64,000 nucleotides of DNA from Antedon mediterranea (lineage: Eukaryota; Animalia; Echinodermata): the NCBI RefSeq assembly GCF_964355755.1, contig NC_092674.1, positions 8,246,001-8,310,000 of the forward strand, written 5' to 3'. How positions within the stretch are numbered: the stretch's first letter is position 1; the number at the start of each line of letters is the position of its first letter. Made by a program: the position numbers and the translations under genes. Shown here piece after piece: positions 22,701 to 33,785 of this stretch. The notes below the pieces were generated by a model, which worked only from the letters and a program-made list of their open reading frames with translations, was not told the origin of the DNA and searched no databases.

Positions 22701-25700
22701 GCTTGTCCGCTGATGATGTTGTAGTTCAGGAGTAAAATATAATGCCGCTGTATGTTTGTTCATAAAGTCTCCGAAATTTGTGAATTAGTATTTTTTTCCT
22801 CTGTATAACGCGTTACAGGTTGGTTGCAAACGCAATATTATTTGATGTAGTTTAGTATGTTAACTTCAACCGATTTAATAAACTATCAACTATTTCATTC
22901 TGTTAATAGATATCGTTAATGTTCAATGGTCTTTCTCCCATACATCATGCTTCAATGATTTTGTGTTTAAAAAAAATTCAAATTGCTCTTAGCCTTGTTA
23001 TCGAATTTTCAATTATCGAACTAAATTTCCTTAATTGTGTAGCGCCCCCAGAGTATTATGATCAATAGACGATGTCTAACATATTAACTTACAAGGGGTT
23101 TGTAGCAGTAAAGGGAAGTGCCAAACCACTTAGGTAATTCTACAAAATCCTTTAGTATTACCATAGATCAAATACACAAAAAGTACTATTCATTCGTTTC
23201 ATTTCTGCATATACAAACTAATTTTACTTTTAAATAGTTTGGATGCGATTATGTCTAGATATGAAGTTGAAATAAATATTGATTATGCAAGATTGCGTCA
23301 AATTTAAGTATAATTGGTTAATAGTTTATACAAGTATGTATCGTATTATAATGAATTGATTGGTCAAATGTGTGCGCAGATTATTAGGTATTTGATTGGT
23401 TAAAAGTTTGGACAGATTGATTATCCGATTGGTTAAAGTGTGGTCCTTTATGGTATTGTATTACTGCTTTTGATTGGCCACCAGAGTGCGCAGATTGTTA
23501 GGTATTTGATTGGTTAAAAGGCTGGGCATAATGCATCCGATTGGTTAAACAATGGAGGTATAAACATCCAAGGTTAAATTGTAGTTCTATAGAATTAAGG
23601 TATAGTTATACAGTACATCGACGGTTTTCTTCCAGAAACAATTTTTTTAACAGTTTCTGATTTGTTTAAAATGATATAAAATAAAACAATAACTATGCAG
23701 CAGTTCTTCCTTTATTTCATTTCGTAAATATACGGCCTCTATTTGAATTAATCCTGATACCGGACGGGAAAGCTCACTAAACGCATGTATTATACGTGAT
23801 ACGATAATAATATTGATAATTAAACAATTTTATATTACATTTGTTTAATTATTCTTAATATTTCAGCAATGCGCTAAATCACAAAAAAGGGTGTTAAGAA
23901 GGCGGTGATTTTTTTATTCTTTGTGTTGATTTTTATAATCATAGTCTGGTTACTTATTTAACGTTGTATTCACACAAGGCTTACTGAATGTTTTAAGATA
24001 TTGGTAGTCGGGCGTTTGTATATTAAACATAAAAGTCCCTGTTCAGACGGATAATTTTTTTTCTCGCGCATTTTCTTGTCTTTCCTGTTTACACAGATTT
24101 ATCAGGAGACTTGTACGAATAGAGTTTCATATTTTTCCGTTTTATATTATAATAGTATATACATAGCCATTTGGGGAATTTTGTCAAACTTGATCAATGT
24201 TAAATATTATAATACTGAGAGATGTTAAGCCACTTGCGATGCTGATACAGTTTTCGTACTTTTCTACTAATTGAGTCGCAAGTCGTAGGACCTGAAGCTT
24301 TGAAGAACGATATTAAACTAGCTTTAGTTAATGTATAGAAAATCGACAATGAATAATGATTATCAATGTCATATAATGTCCGCAATTGCGATTTTAAAAC
24401 CATTGAAATTAGTTCATATGCAACATAGCACGAACTGCGGGCTAATTATCGTAGCCAAGTTATGTCCTATTACATGCGGACGTAACACCTTTGATATCAA
24501 TCACATCCAGCAATAAATCAGTCACGTTGGGGGCGCCTTGCCTGTCCGTGTATATTATAATAGACTGACCAATAAGAATTAACGATCTAGCGTATCCATA
24601 TAAGCAGTCCCTATCTCTATCAATAACTGTTCACCATTTTTTATTTGTTGACTGATTAAGAATATCCATCATTCTAATTCTATATCCATCGTAAATCAAC
24701 GACAGAGGATAGGTGATCACTCTCCGCGCGCAAATTCTTCATTTTCGTTCCCGCTCTCGTCTGCTGTCAAATGAATGATTGAAGCAATAATGCCGTGTGT
24801 TCATTTTTCAATTTTATAAGTTTAACAAAGTTGTGTTTGAGATGCATTTGTAGAGAAAAGGCCATTTAATAAGTAGATTTTATTTTCACTAGAAATGTGG
24901 TGTTATAAGTTGTCATTATTCCGTGATTTAGTCGTAGCTAAAAACACTCTACTCGTCAGCTGCGAAATATATTCAATTCAACGAGGATAGTTCCAGATAA
25001 ACAATTTGGGGTTTTTAGTCGCGTGCAACGCAACTCTACTGCTCACTATGTCGGATGGTTGGTCTGTCGGTAAACAGGTAACTCATATTTGAGCACGCAA
25101 CTGCAGCCATGTATATGGCCTTGTTTTTTTTCTGGGGGTGGGGGTTGTGCTTCTTTCTCCTTTTAGATGTAATCTCTGGTAATGGCATACATTTGAGATC
25201 ATTCAGTTAAATCGCAGAAAAATTCTTCTTAATCACAATATAGACAAGTTACATTATTGTTCAGAAATTGCATTTGTATTTTTTGGAATATCAATATCAT
25301 ACATATTCAAAGTCGATAATCATTCAATTAGCTATTATTATTAATCATCAGATTCATATAATATATTCAAAGGAGAGAGAGGAACATATTGACGTGCATA
25401 TGTCTGAAATTACGACTTGATATATAGTTTGCAATGTATCCGACAACAGCGAAATAACAGATATGTGTATCGCATTATTGCATAGCACGTACGGTGGTTA
25501 TAATCACACCGGGACGCACTAGTACTAGAACTATGTACCGTTTTTAGATTTTTATATCATTGCTTTCAGTGTATTGAATCTGTGAGGTGGGAATTGGGAA
25601 ATGCCATAACTAACACTCACGAAATTTCGATGATGTTTCTAACTAAGTTAATGCTGAATAATAAAAATGCACAAGGTCTACGATTTTCAGTTATATTCAA

Positions 25701-28184
25701 TTACAATCTATAGAATCTAATTTAACAAGATTCTAACTTAAAGATGTATTGTCACCCAGAAACATGAAAAATGAAGATTAATTAAATAAATGGTCAAATT
25801 TAACCAAAAACACTATTGACTATTTTTTATTTAAATTACAGTTTTTTCAGGTAAATAAATTTGTTTTCGATTCAACCTTTTTTCAAAGTGAATAACTATT
25901 ATGTGAAATTAAAATGCCATATTAAAAAAAATTGAAAAAAAAAATGTTTAGGCGGGGGACAATATATCTTTAACATGATGAACTACCTTAATTTTAGAAA
26001 ATAACAATTTTACAATCTATAGAATCTAATTTTACAAGTGAACTTACAACATTAATTATATATAAGAACACCTAATTTACAAAAGAACCATTTTACAATG
26101 TAACCTATTCACAAAAAAAAAAACAAGTTTAAATTACAAAGAGAACCTAATTTTATAAGAGAACTGAACGTTAATTTTCGACCCTACATTATAGAACCTG
26201 TAATGGTACGCAGCAGCCGACGACATTTCAGCCGGACGCCGGTGATATAGCCAACACAGACAACAGATGTGATTTAAGCACGTGTACTATATCATTTGTA
26301 CACACAACGCGTTATATTCCATTTATGATTTTATGATCTATTATATGTTTTTCTATTCATTATACAAGTTAGCCGTCGCAGTGTAATATTCGCTGAGGCA
26401 AACAAATCTTTGATATCACTTTAGCAATTGATATTACTTTTATTTCGAGATACATTAAAATGAAATGTGAAAAAAAGAAAACTAAATGGCAAAGCTAGGT
26501 CACGTGTTAGCCAGAAAAATACGATAACAAAATTGCTGTTCAGTTAAAATCATCTCGTTATGGCGCAACAGCAGCATTATAAAGATACGAATGTCTAAAA
26601 TCCAGTGCTGCTCAACGTGTTTTTTTTTATGATTTAAGCGATTGATATGTTTAGTTTATCAATATATTCTAATACGTACGAGGAAAATACTGCATCATTA
26701 ATGTATTAATGTATAAAACGCAGTCACGATTCGGAATGTAAACCACTATGTTTATAATGAAAATATCGAAAACCCGTCATTTGACGAGGCTATTTAAATA
26801 ATATTAAAACTAATGCTCTCTAAATGGCTCTAAATAACAAATACCACTTCAATCTGTAACGAGATGGCAATAGGTAAATTCTTGCAATATAAAAAAAGAT
26901 ATGAACTAACTGCTGTTTAAATGTCATAATGTTTATCAAATAAGCCATAAAAAAGATATTAGTTATGAAAATTGCAGACGTTTTGTTTTAATAACCGTAT
27001 GGAATAAGAGTCTCACAAATGCGGCGTTAAAATGCACTGCATCGACATGCTGTTCAAAGGAGAGGCGGACGCACAAAGAGAGACATACACGCGCGTATAA
27101 TAACGTAACTTATTCACCAGTTTAGTTTTAAGTGCTCTTTTACTGACGAATTGTGCCCATTTTTTTACAAGAAATGACAGTAAACCTATTCTGAACAATT
27201 ATTGTTAATTTTACATGTCATTTCGTTCATATATCATCGGCAACGATTAGTTCTGTACATTACCAATGTTCTTTAGTGTGAACACATGGCATGAGAAGTT
27301 TGCTTGCTGCGTTTGCTTTCTATGCCTAGACGTTAATTTCGACATATTTTTAATTATTCCATCCAGGGAGGAGTGAATTCTTCCTTGATTCCATCCCATA
27401 TTTCATTCATATTTCCATATTTTCCGATCCTACACAACATGAGAAGAGTCTATGCTTTCTATAAAGCAAGACTAATTACGAGAGTGTTGTATCACGTGTT
27501 TGAAGGAAACATTGAGTAAGATGAAAAGAGACTATTATTTGTAATAAAACTGTGAACATTTGAAAAGGTGAAAACTCCATCAATGTCTCATCTAAAGAAA
27601 ATGTATATTTTGGCTTAAAAAATGTCATTACTACGAACACGGTGCTAACATACGGTACACAATTCGGCTTAGTTTAATAACTACGACAAGTGACTCGTTA
27701 CAAATGACAATATATATACTGCACTAATTAAGAATGTGCTAATCAATAGCGTTTTAAAAAATAACTTACCTGGATTTATTGACGGTGTATACACGTTTAA
27801 ATATAGGCAATCCTCTGAAATGTTCTTTACAAAGGGTCTTACATTTTCTAGTTGTCTTTTCTTTCGAGGTGTCATACCCGGTGTAATTTCGAACGATTGT
27901 GGACAAGCAGGCCCAAAATTCAAGGCATCACGCTGCTCCCATTTTACAGGACTTTCCGGTGCACTGAATCGTCGTCGTCCTGTTGGTGGGGCGGCGTACG
28001 GTATACCCAGAAATTGGTATATTTCCGACATATCTTCCAACGCTGGTTTTACGCGGAGGCCGCGTAACCTTCCAAATGTTGTATTTACGACTCCGTAACC
28101 GTCACTGCAATCTACTACACGTGTTGAAACTACAGCTGTGAGTATGATCAAAACGGTTATACACTGGATAACACAACACCACAT
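4018..28184 (-). CDS. Neuroligin-like non-catalytic carboxylesterase-family type I membrane protein, 731 aa, spliced from exons 28184-27770, 11127-10987, 9577-9392, 9097-8665, 6658-6435, 5247-5100, 4666-4018
   Basis: Exon lengths 415+141+186+433+224+148+649=2196 nt give an uninterrupted frame; all six introns are GT..AG with phases 1,1,1,2,1,2. Motifs [74 protein letters not shown] and a neuroligin-type TM helix. Orthology not resolved, so no symbol is given. Confidence 0.93.
4802..5055. mobile_element. MITE family A, complete copy (about 4805-4942) followed by a degraded related copy, in intron 6
   Basis: TAA-AGCTTGGTTCCCACTAG...CTAGTGGGAACCACGCT-TAA, then GCAAGGACGCAACGC...GACCAATC..GTGATTC internal sequence. 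Confidence 0.8.
5100..5247 (-). CDS. Neuroligin-like coding exon 6
   Basis: (G)[48 protein letters not shown](G); TAG acceptor, GTAATT donor. Confidence 0.92.
5335..5590. repeat. Tandem duplication, about 120-130 bp x2
   Basis: TTGCACCCAAA..ACAATCTGTTACGACGTCCC..CCATTGATAGCAGCGCCTTGC..AAAGGATA occurs twice. Confidence 0.85.
6168..6410 (-). mobile_element. CR1/L2-group LINE 3' end in intron 5
   Basis: [19 protein letters not shown] is the typical ORF2 C-terminal motif; followed by a 3'UTR and (TAAA)n tail. Confidence 0.7.
6435..6658 (-). CDS. Neuroligin-like coding exon 5
   Basis: (R)[17 protein letters not shown]...[16 protein letters not shown]...[19 protein letters not shown], aligning to neuroligin IKFMYTDW..FTDHQWVAPA..YFYAF; CAG acceptor, GTAGGC donor. 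Confidence 0.92.
7400..7620 (+). mobile_element. Degraded RTE-clade LINE fragment
   Basis: [18 protein letters not shown] then a frameshift to VTEW*, matching RTE KWxWAGHIxR..W.K.VTEW. Confidence 0.6.
8665..9097 (-). CDS. Neuroligin-like coding exon 4
   Basis: (G)[16 protein letters not shown]...[10 protein letters not shown]...[10 protein letters not shown]...GINF(R); overlaps ORF 8661..9083; TAG acceptor, GTAGGT donor. Confidence 0.93.
9392..9577 (-). CDS. Neuroligin-like coding exon 3 (nucleophile elbow region)
   Basis: Translates (G)[61 protein letters not shown]; TAG acceptor, GTAAGC donor. Confidence 0.93.
9740..10008 (+). mobile_element. Probable LINE 3'UTR and tail
   Basis: T-rich UTR, stem-loop GGGTGAG..AAAGTTC TTT GAACTTT..TACCC, ending AATAAAAACAAAACAAAA. 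Confidence 0.35.
10632..10935 (-). mobile_element. Rex1/Babar-clade LINE 3' end in intron 2
   Basis: [49 protein letters not shown] matches the SHPL..SGRR..T.R..SF..IR motif; AATAAA plus (AACT)n tail. Confidence 0.75.
10987..11127 (-). CDS. Neuroligin-like coding exon 2
   Basis: TAG acceptor at 11130-11128; translates (G)[46 protein letters not shown](G); donor GTAAGT. Absent from the ORF track. Confidence 0.93.
12564..12925. repeat. Tandem duplication, about 180 bp x2
   Basis: ATACAGTTTCATAACATATTTCAGATAGGCCTACAG...GAGTACCCCAGCTGAGCT occurs twice. Confidence 0.9.
13964..13993. repeat. (CAA)n microsatellite
   Basis: About 10 AAC units. Confidence 0.9.
14045..14186. mobile_element. Harbinger-type MITE family B
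   Basis: TIR CTGTCTACACTATCAAACT ... AGTTTTATAATGTAGACAGAGCT, then TTA; multi-copy in the window. Confidence 0.8.
15170..15482 (+). mobile_element. Non-autonomous Helentron-associated (HINE/DINE-1-like) element
   Basis: TTTTT-AGTCGCGTGGACGCGACT hairpin, (GTCG/GTCT)n microsatellite, subterminal CACACGACT inverted repeat, ends GGCCTTGTT in a T-run; same architecture as DINE-1. Confidence 0.7.
16335..16789 (+). mobile_element. tRNA-containing element with identical 43-bp direct repeats, embedded in (TA)n
   Basis: TTACCGGGCGGTTTAGAATTAATGTTCTATGCCTGATTTGTTT at 16354-16396 and 16720-16762, each followed by (TA)n; (TA)n also precedes the first copy. Confidence 0.7.
16580..16651 (+). tRNA. tRNA-like gene or pseudogene, anticodon ATC (Asp-type), inside a repeat cassette
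   Basis: Cloverleaf: acceptor GCCCCAG/TTGGGGC, D stem GTCT/GGAC, anticodon stem TCTGC/GCAGG with loop ATATCAA, T arm CCGAG-TTCAAGT-CTCGG, discriminator G; TTTTT at 16654-16658. A32 and anticodon ATC are non-canonical. Confidence 0.65.
16790..17090 (-). mobile_element. Older HINE-like element with two about 143-bp subrepeats
   Basis: GTCCAGAATT(T/G)GGATAA..GTGACCA..GGTTTAAAT..AAAGATCCGTCTT occurs twice; ends TGCTAACAGACAAACAC..AAAATATAACTTCGGAGGTAA. Confidence 0.5.
18345..18620 (-). mobile_element. Probable LINE 3'UTR fragment with a structured tail
   Basis: Multi-stem structure at 18361-18424 followed by ATAGATTCAG; family not assignable. Confidence 0.4.
20812..20933. mobile_element. MITE family B, internally deleted
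   Basis: TAAAGCTCTGT/GACAAAAAATG...ATCACTACCATATTT...AGTTTGATAGTGTAGACAGATCTTAA. Confidence 0.7.
21380..22730 (-). mobile_element. Degraded RTE-clade LINE split by the HINE at 21716-22476
   Basis: Upstream part gives [21 protein letters not shown]; downstream part gives [33 protein letters not shown], with frameshifts. Confidence 0.75.
21716..22476 (-). mobile_element. HINE/DINE-1-like element, long 760-bp form, nested in an RTE LINE
   Basis: AACAAGGCCAACAGCCAT...(GACA/GACC)n...ATAGTGAACTATAGAATCGCTTCCACGCGACTAAAAA; near-identical copy at 61688-62460. Confidence 0.8.
23340..23552. repeat. About 110-bp tandem duplication rich in GATTGG (CCAAT) motifs
   Basis: GTGCGCAGATT.TTAGGTATTTGATTGGTTAAAAG..ATCCGATTGGTTAAA occurs twice; six GATTGG in total. 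Confidence 0.75.
25012..25126 (+). mobile_element. Short HINE-like element
   Basis: TTTTTAGTCGCGTGCAACGCAACT...CACTATGTCGG...ATGGCCTTGTT. Confidence 0.7.
27770..28184 (-). CDS. Neuroligin-like coding exon 1 (signal peptide and start of the cholinesterase-like domain)
   Basis: ATG at 28184 (the ORF-track start at 28205 is GTG; an in-frame TGA lies at 28235). [20 protein letters not shown] signal peptide, [41 protein letters not shown]. Donor G|GTAAGT at 27769. Confidence 0.93.
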
Positions 28185-28386
28185 GGTGAAAATATTCCTT
28201 GCCACTACAGTAAAGCAATAGTGATTAGCGGTTCAGCAATTTAAAAAAAAGAAGCGTGGAATAAAACAGTTGTGTATGTACAAGAAACTTCAACTACTTG
28301 TTACATATCACTGGAATATGTCACAACTTCTCTACGTCTGACTTAATAACTGTCGTGCCTACCATTTTGGTGGACTGCTAACGAGG
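28185..28386 (-). other. Probable 5'UTR portion of the first coding exon, starting at a splice acceptor; contains a uORF at 28365-28321
   Basis: Minus strand reads a T-rich tract then ATATATTCCACAG|CCTCG at 28387/28386, implying an upstream non-coding exon. Confidence 0.55.
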
Positions 28387-29781
28387 CTGTGGAATATATA
28401 AAAAAAAAGAACTGTAATCAATTTAAGTGCGAGCGAGAGCTAATGAACCATGCGGTGAATAATTCCTGGAGTGCAAGAAACATCTACAACTCGTACTACT
28501 ATCGGTAACCCTATCAAACGTAAATACAACAATCACAATTCAATCAATATTGTCAGTGAGGGCGCATGCTTTATGAATTCAACCAACGAGCGAGGTTCGA
28601 TCAAACTTGGCAGACGATACGGCAGATGATGTAATTACCCTCGAAGTAGTTTTCTAACATCGTACGCCGTTAAACTGTGAAGTGTTGCTGGTGATAAAAT
28701 GCGGCCCAAATCTGTTATTAGTTGTCGAGAGATACATCCATATCGTTCACGACGATGTTGTTTGAACCGACATGATGCACACTCTGAATGACCAAGTGTT
28801 CCACGTGATCAAATTAAATAAAGACTATTCCATTCATACCAACTATACTGGCTATATACACTTTAATTATCAATAGACGGTAAATTACAAACTCATTACA
28901 GACAGACGATAACTAATAGACATGAAATCTTCGAAATTATCATTCATCAAATCTGCCTACAAAATGAAATAAGGTTTTGCATAGTATTGTTCACATGCTA
29001 ATTGGCATGGGCTAAGGTGGAATGACAAAAGAATTTCTAATCACTTGCGACATTTCTATAACTTCAGATGACACAAATGTGTAATGTACAAAAAAAGTAG
29101 TTTTATGTCAATAATGTCAGGTAATGGAATGATCTATAGTGCATGTGAGTCTGCAGAAATAGATACACTCATGACGACATTTTCTTATTTTTATTGATTG
29201 AGACAGGTGTAGAAAATAGAAACCACAACGTGTTCTTAGTGTATATCTTTATCGCAACCTGACGTCATATATTCGCGTACAAATTTGTTTTAAATTATTA
29301 ATAAAACGTCATAGGAAATAGAATTACTGTAGTATCTGTTTGGAATGTGTGGTAGGTTCGCATGGATTAATGTTATTTGCAAAGTATGCATAGAAGGAAA
29401 ATGTAGGCTCAACATTTGACTTCGACTTCGCGAGAAGTTATAGCCTCTTTAACGGTGCTCCTGAGTCTTCGATTGGTGTTTTTTTCTCTCGGAATGGCTT
29501 GGACAATCAGAAAAAGGAGAGCGCTCCGAATCAGGGTCATTTGGAAACACGGAGATTCAAGAAATGTTACTTGTTCTTTAACACAGAAGAGTTCATTGTA
29601 AAGTGTTCACATTGATGATAGTAAAGTATGACGTATCAGTACAGATTATGGATTACAAGTCACTTTCCACACAGAGATAAATAAGGCACGGTTCATTGAG
29701 CAGGAGTATTTTGTTGGATGAAAGAAAATCCAAAAGCTTATCTGGGAAATGAATGAATTGATGTACTCACGTAAATTGGAA

Positions 29782-29791
29782 TATATAATAT

Positions 29792-29823
<32 letters not shown>

Positions 29824-30021
29824 ATGTATAAATTCAAAGTCAAATTCAAAGTCAAATTACTGAAAAAATGACAATTCTGTGGGATATCAGTGGCTGGATC
29901 TCAATGGAGATACAAACAAAAAAAGCGAAAAGCTAAATCAAAACGATAAAGTAAACAGCCAGAAAAGTTAGCAGAGCTTTCGGGCAACACTAGCCCTTCA
30001 TCATATGTATATATATATATT
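29782..30021 (-). mobile_element. Penelope-like pLTR or retrozyme fragment between (TA)n tracts
   Basis: About 180 bp unique segment bounded by (TA)n on both sides and carrying the hammerhead motif. Confidence 0.5.
29966..30004 (-). ncRNA. Minimal type I hammerhead ribozyme remnant (Penelope-like element type)
   Basis: Minus strand (A)TGATGA-A-GGGC-TAGTGTT-GCCC-GAAA-GCTC: core CUGAUGA with the first C altered, stem II, GAAA, palindromic AGCT helix III. Confidence 0.6.
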
Positions 30022-33000
30022 CATTCATATGTATGAATATATTCATTCATACATATATTTAGTCGCAAGTTTACATATCTTGCATAGAGTAAATACAACA
30101 TATTTGTTTAGTCTACATTTTGGTAGTAATTAACAAAAAATGTAGGGACGAAGTTCGGACACTGAAAATATTGACCATTGAATATATCAATGTATGCAAA
30201 TTATTGCTTATAAAGCCTGAAATTAAGTTTTTATATGTGCCATTCAATGTCTTTTCAATCTGAGACCTTTTATTGAATTCGAATCTTATTTTTATCTTGG
30301 ACCGTGAAACATGTGCGATATGAATGGGCCTTAAAATGGGCTTGACATGAAACAGTACCGCAGTTTCTCGTTGTTAGACATGACACCATAAGTGAATATG
30401 TTGGCAACCACTTCCTTCCTTGGAACAAATAAAAATGCTGTATGATTCTTGTTTAATTCATATTTCAAATTTATTTTTTTTTTTAAAGATAATCGCTTTA
30501 GATTATCCGCATTAGGCACGTATTTGTGTCTCTTTTAAATTATATTTATTTATTGGAATTTGTTGAATAAAATACCATAAATAATAAGTTTATTCATAAA
30601 CGCATAATATAGATCTATGTTTAGCTTAGCAATAAGACTGTGTCATCTGTATACGTTATTATATTATATCCGTGAGTTTCGTGAATATCTCATAAAATAT
30701 TTAATTTATAAATTAATAACACTTGCATACAAAAGTACACCTACCTATATAAATAATGCATGAACAGCAGAGCTCATCGCTGATGCATTATTACAATATT
30801 ACTTTATACATGAGACGGATCACGTAAAGAAGATTCGCTTTTTTTCTGACATCTGAACTGTGAAAGAAAAGGTCATTTTAGATAGTGTAACATCTGTCCT
30901 GGAGGTTTGGTGAACATTAGAATTCAAAATAACCTTTAGCGAAACGGTAGCAGTAACTGAAGTAATAACGTTCTATTCCTATTCATTCATTAAATAGAAA
31001 TTTTTTCAGAGATAACAAATAATTATTTACAAATCAAATTCCATACAATACCAACCCGTTAAGATCTGAGAAAGGGCATCACCATAAATGCTATACAATA
31101 CATTTCTTGTATGGGAAACCCAGTAAACATGCTTAGAAAACAAGTATGTATATATACAAACACGATAAGATCAAAGCAAAAGTTAGGCCTATTCTATTTA
31201 GGCCTACTGTCCCATAGTTTTGGGACTGGGAATAAAAGGTGGGACTCAAGGGTGTATTTAAGATGACCAATCACGACAAGATAACATAAAAGTCGGGGGA
31301 GAGGGGATAGTCGTATAACATTTCAGTAAATGTAAACCTAGATGACTCAACAACACGGTGCACTAAAACTGTCGAAATAACAGTTTAATTCGACAATTAC
31401 AGATAATATTGGAGGAAAGTTGCTGTCGAAATGTATCGGGGTCGGGGAACAAAAATGTTCTCGTTCCTTAACTTTTATTTTTTTTTAAATCTAAATTCAA
31501 CAGAGGCATATTATAATATGTCTATAAAATTCATTCAGTCAATCTATCAATGTCATTTATTAATAACACAAGCAATTAAATCGTGTACTTTATTGTTTCC
31601 AAGGATACAATTCATAATATTGATCCTAACACAGTTCTCTATATATATGAAAACCTTATATATAAATATACGATAATATTTAAATCAATATCAAATATTT
31701 TGTGTGTAAACATGATTATGAAAACTCATACCGTATAAAGTAACTCTACCGTCTATTAACCGTAGACCACCAACACATAATCGAAAAGGAACGAAACGTT
31801 GTTTTGTTGTTCTTTTTAAAGTTAATTTAAGAAAAACTATATTTATTTTAATTGCGAACATTAAAACTTACATAAATCCAATTACAGCCCTACTACTTAG
31901 TATTTTTCTCACAGGCATATCTTGCTCCGGAAATTCACTTACATAAATAATCAATCAATCGAATAATAAGTGCCACAGTGGAATAGAACTGTAATAGAAG
32001 CACCCACCCGTAAAGTTGCAAATAAACGGCGTAGTTGATTAAAACCAGTAAAATTAGTGCCGCCGCACTAAAACAATTCAAGATCTACGATATAAATACA
32101 AATAACAATAACAATTTGTCATCACCATATCATGCATAATTATTATAAATAAAAATATACACGATAGTTGTATATGCATTCATTTTGTTGTTCGGCCTAA
32201 TCGATATTCTATTTTTATGATTACTTGCCGTATAGTAATAGTAATCATTAAGAACTAAGAAACATATTTTTAACAATAGTTGAGTATTGTGTTAGTGTTG
32301 CTGTGGATCTAATGAACTTGCTATATTGGATTTTATGTATGATTCTATAAAATATGTAATATTGCTATTGTATGATCATTTAGATTGACGGATACAAATC
32401 GAGTAAACTACAATGGTAAATATCTATTGAACATACTTTATAAGGCGATTCCATTCCAATACTATTCAGGAATTGTACAGACCACGTGAAATGCTTATAT
32501 AATTTTTGTTTAAATCGTTAACGTTGTACCTCTGCAACATAAGTATACTAGGCTAGTATAACAACATTATATTAAAACTTTTACTGTTAAAAAATAAAAC
32601 AATTATTATCGCCTGTTTTGTATCGGCTTGTGTTGTAACTACACTGGAATGGTAATGATACCTAAAACCTATTATTACTTTAATAATTAAGGGTTTAACT
32701 CCTTTAAATCGTTTTATATTGAACTGTCCGTCTACAATAATGCAGCACCACAAGAAATCAGAATAAAATATCGACATAAATAATGGCATCATAATGTATT
32801 CATGTAAATATATGCATTTTGACATAGAGGGCGCTTTCAAGAAAGAAATGGCGACAGATTACACACAGCTTATATTTCTTTTAAATATTTGGTTGGAAAT
32901 TGGATTTTGATCAATAAATCAACTAATGAAAGATTTAATTAAGTCATTTTACAACTTAGCAAACTTTGACATAGAGGGCGCTTTAAAACAACAACAAAAT

Positions 33001-33684
33001 CCGACAATCCCTAACTAAACCAGGCCTACAGTATATTTATATCTATTGGAAATTATAATGAACGATTTTCAACATTAATAACATATTTTGAACACAAAAA
33101 TTATATATTATCTACTAGTAGTTAATATGTAAATCGCCGTGCATTTAGAGTATGATAGGTCTAGCCTAATTATTATAATAGGCCTATACATACGATACAA
33201 GCATTATAACATAAAGCAATAGCACCTAACTTTCACCCTAATACTGTACATTTTCTATAGTCTGTTAAGAAACAGTATTCATACTGTAATCGCTACATGC
33301 ATTCTAATCAACTTCTAATCATACATACTGACGTGTCAGACTATCAGTGGTGAGCAATGATGAATTATAACAATATATTATAGCTAACACTATTTTATAT
33401 ACGAACAAAATGTCTAACATGTATCAAAACAACACCCGATTCTCGGTGGTAGGCCTTCCCTATCTATATTTCTCCAGGTTCACATATACATCGCCTAGTC
33501 TTATAGACCATAACCTAAACCCCTAATCCATGAAGAAATAAAACCATACGTGATACAGTCACCACGTGTGTGATCACATGGGATGCTGTATTACCGAATA
33601 TTCCTATACACAATATACAAGAAACACAATTTGTACAGAGTACCTGTTGCCAACACATTTTAAAGATTAGATATAGGCCCTACT

Positions 33685-33785
33685 TTTCTTATTTATTTGT
33701 ATTACTTTATTCTGACATAAAATCATAGGATGAAAACACAAAAAAGTACCGAGACGGCAAACTTATTTCCATTGTGGTCCTTGTG
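33685..33785 (-). mobile_element. L2/Crack-like LINE 3' tail
   Basis: GGACCACAATGGAAATAAG...AATAAA tail; a related degraded plus-strand copy lies near 17265-17385. Confidence 0.45.

Noticed and set aside
27681-27769. ORF-track extension [28 protein letters not shown] that looks like a TM segment
   Set aside because: Lies after a consensus GTAAGT donor; intron read-through with no evidence of use.
27736-28098. Plus-strand ORFs overlapping neuroligin-like exons (also 27852, 8806, 9258, 6343)
   Set aside because: Antisense shadows of real coding exons.
32818-32985. Repeated TTTGACATAGAGGGCGCTTT resembling a CTCF site
   Set aside because: Only a partial match to the CTCF consensus and equally explained as a repeat subunit; not supportable from sequence alone.
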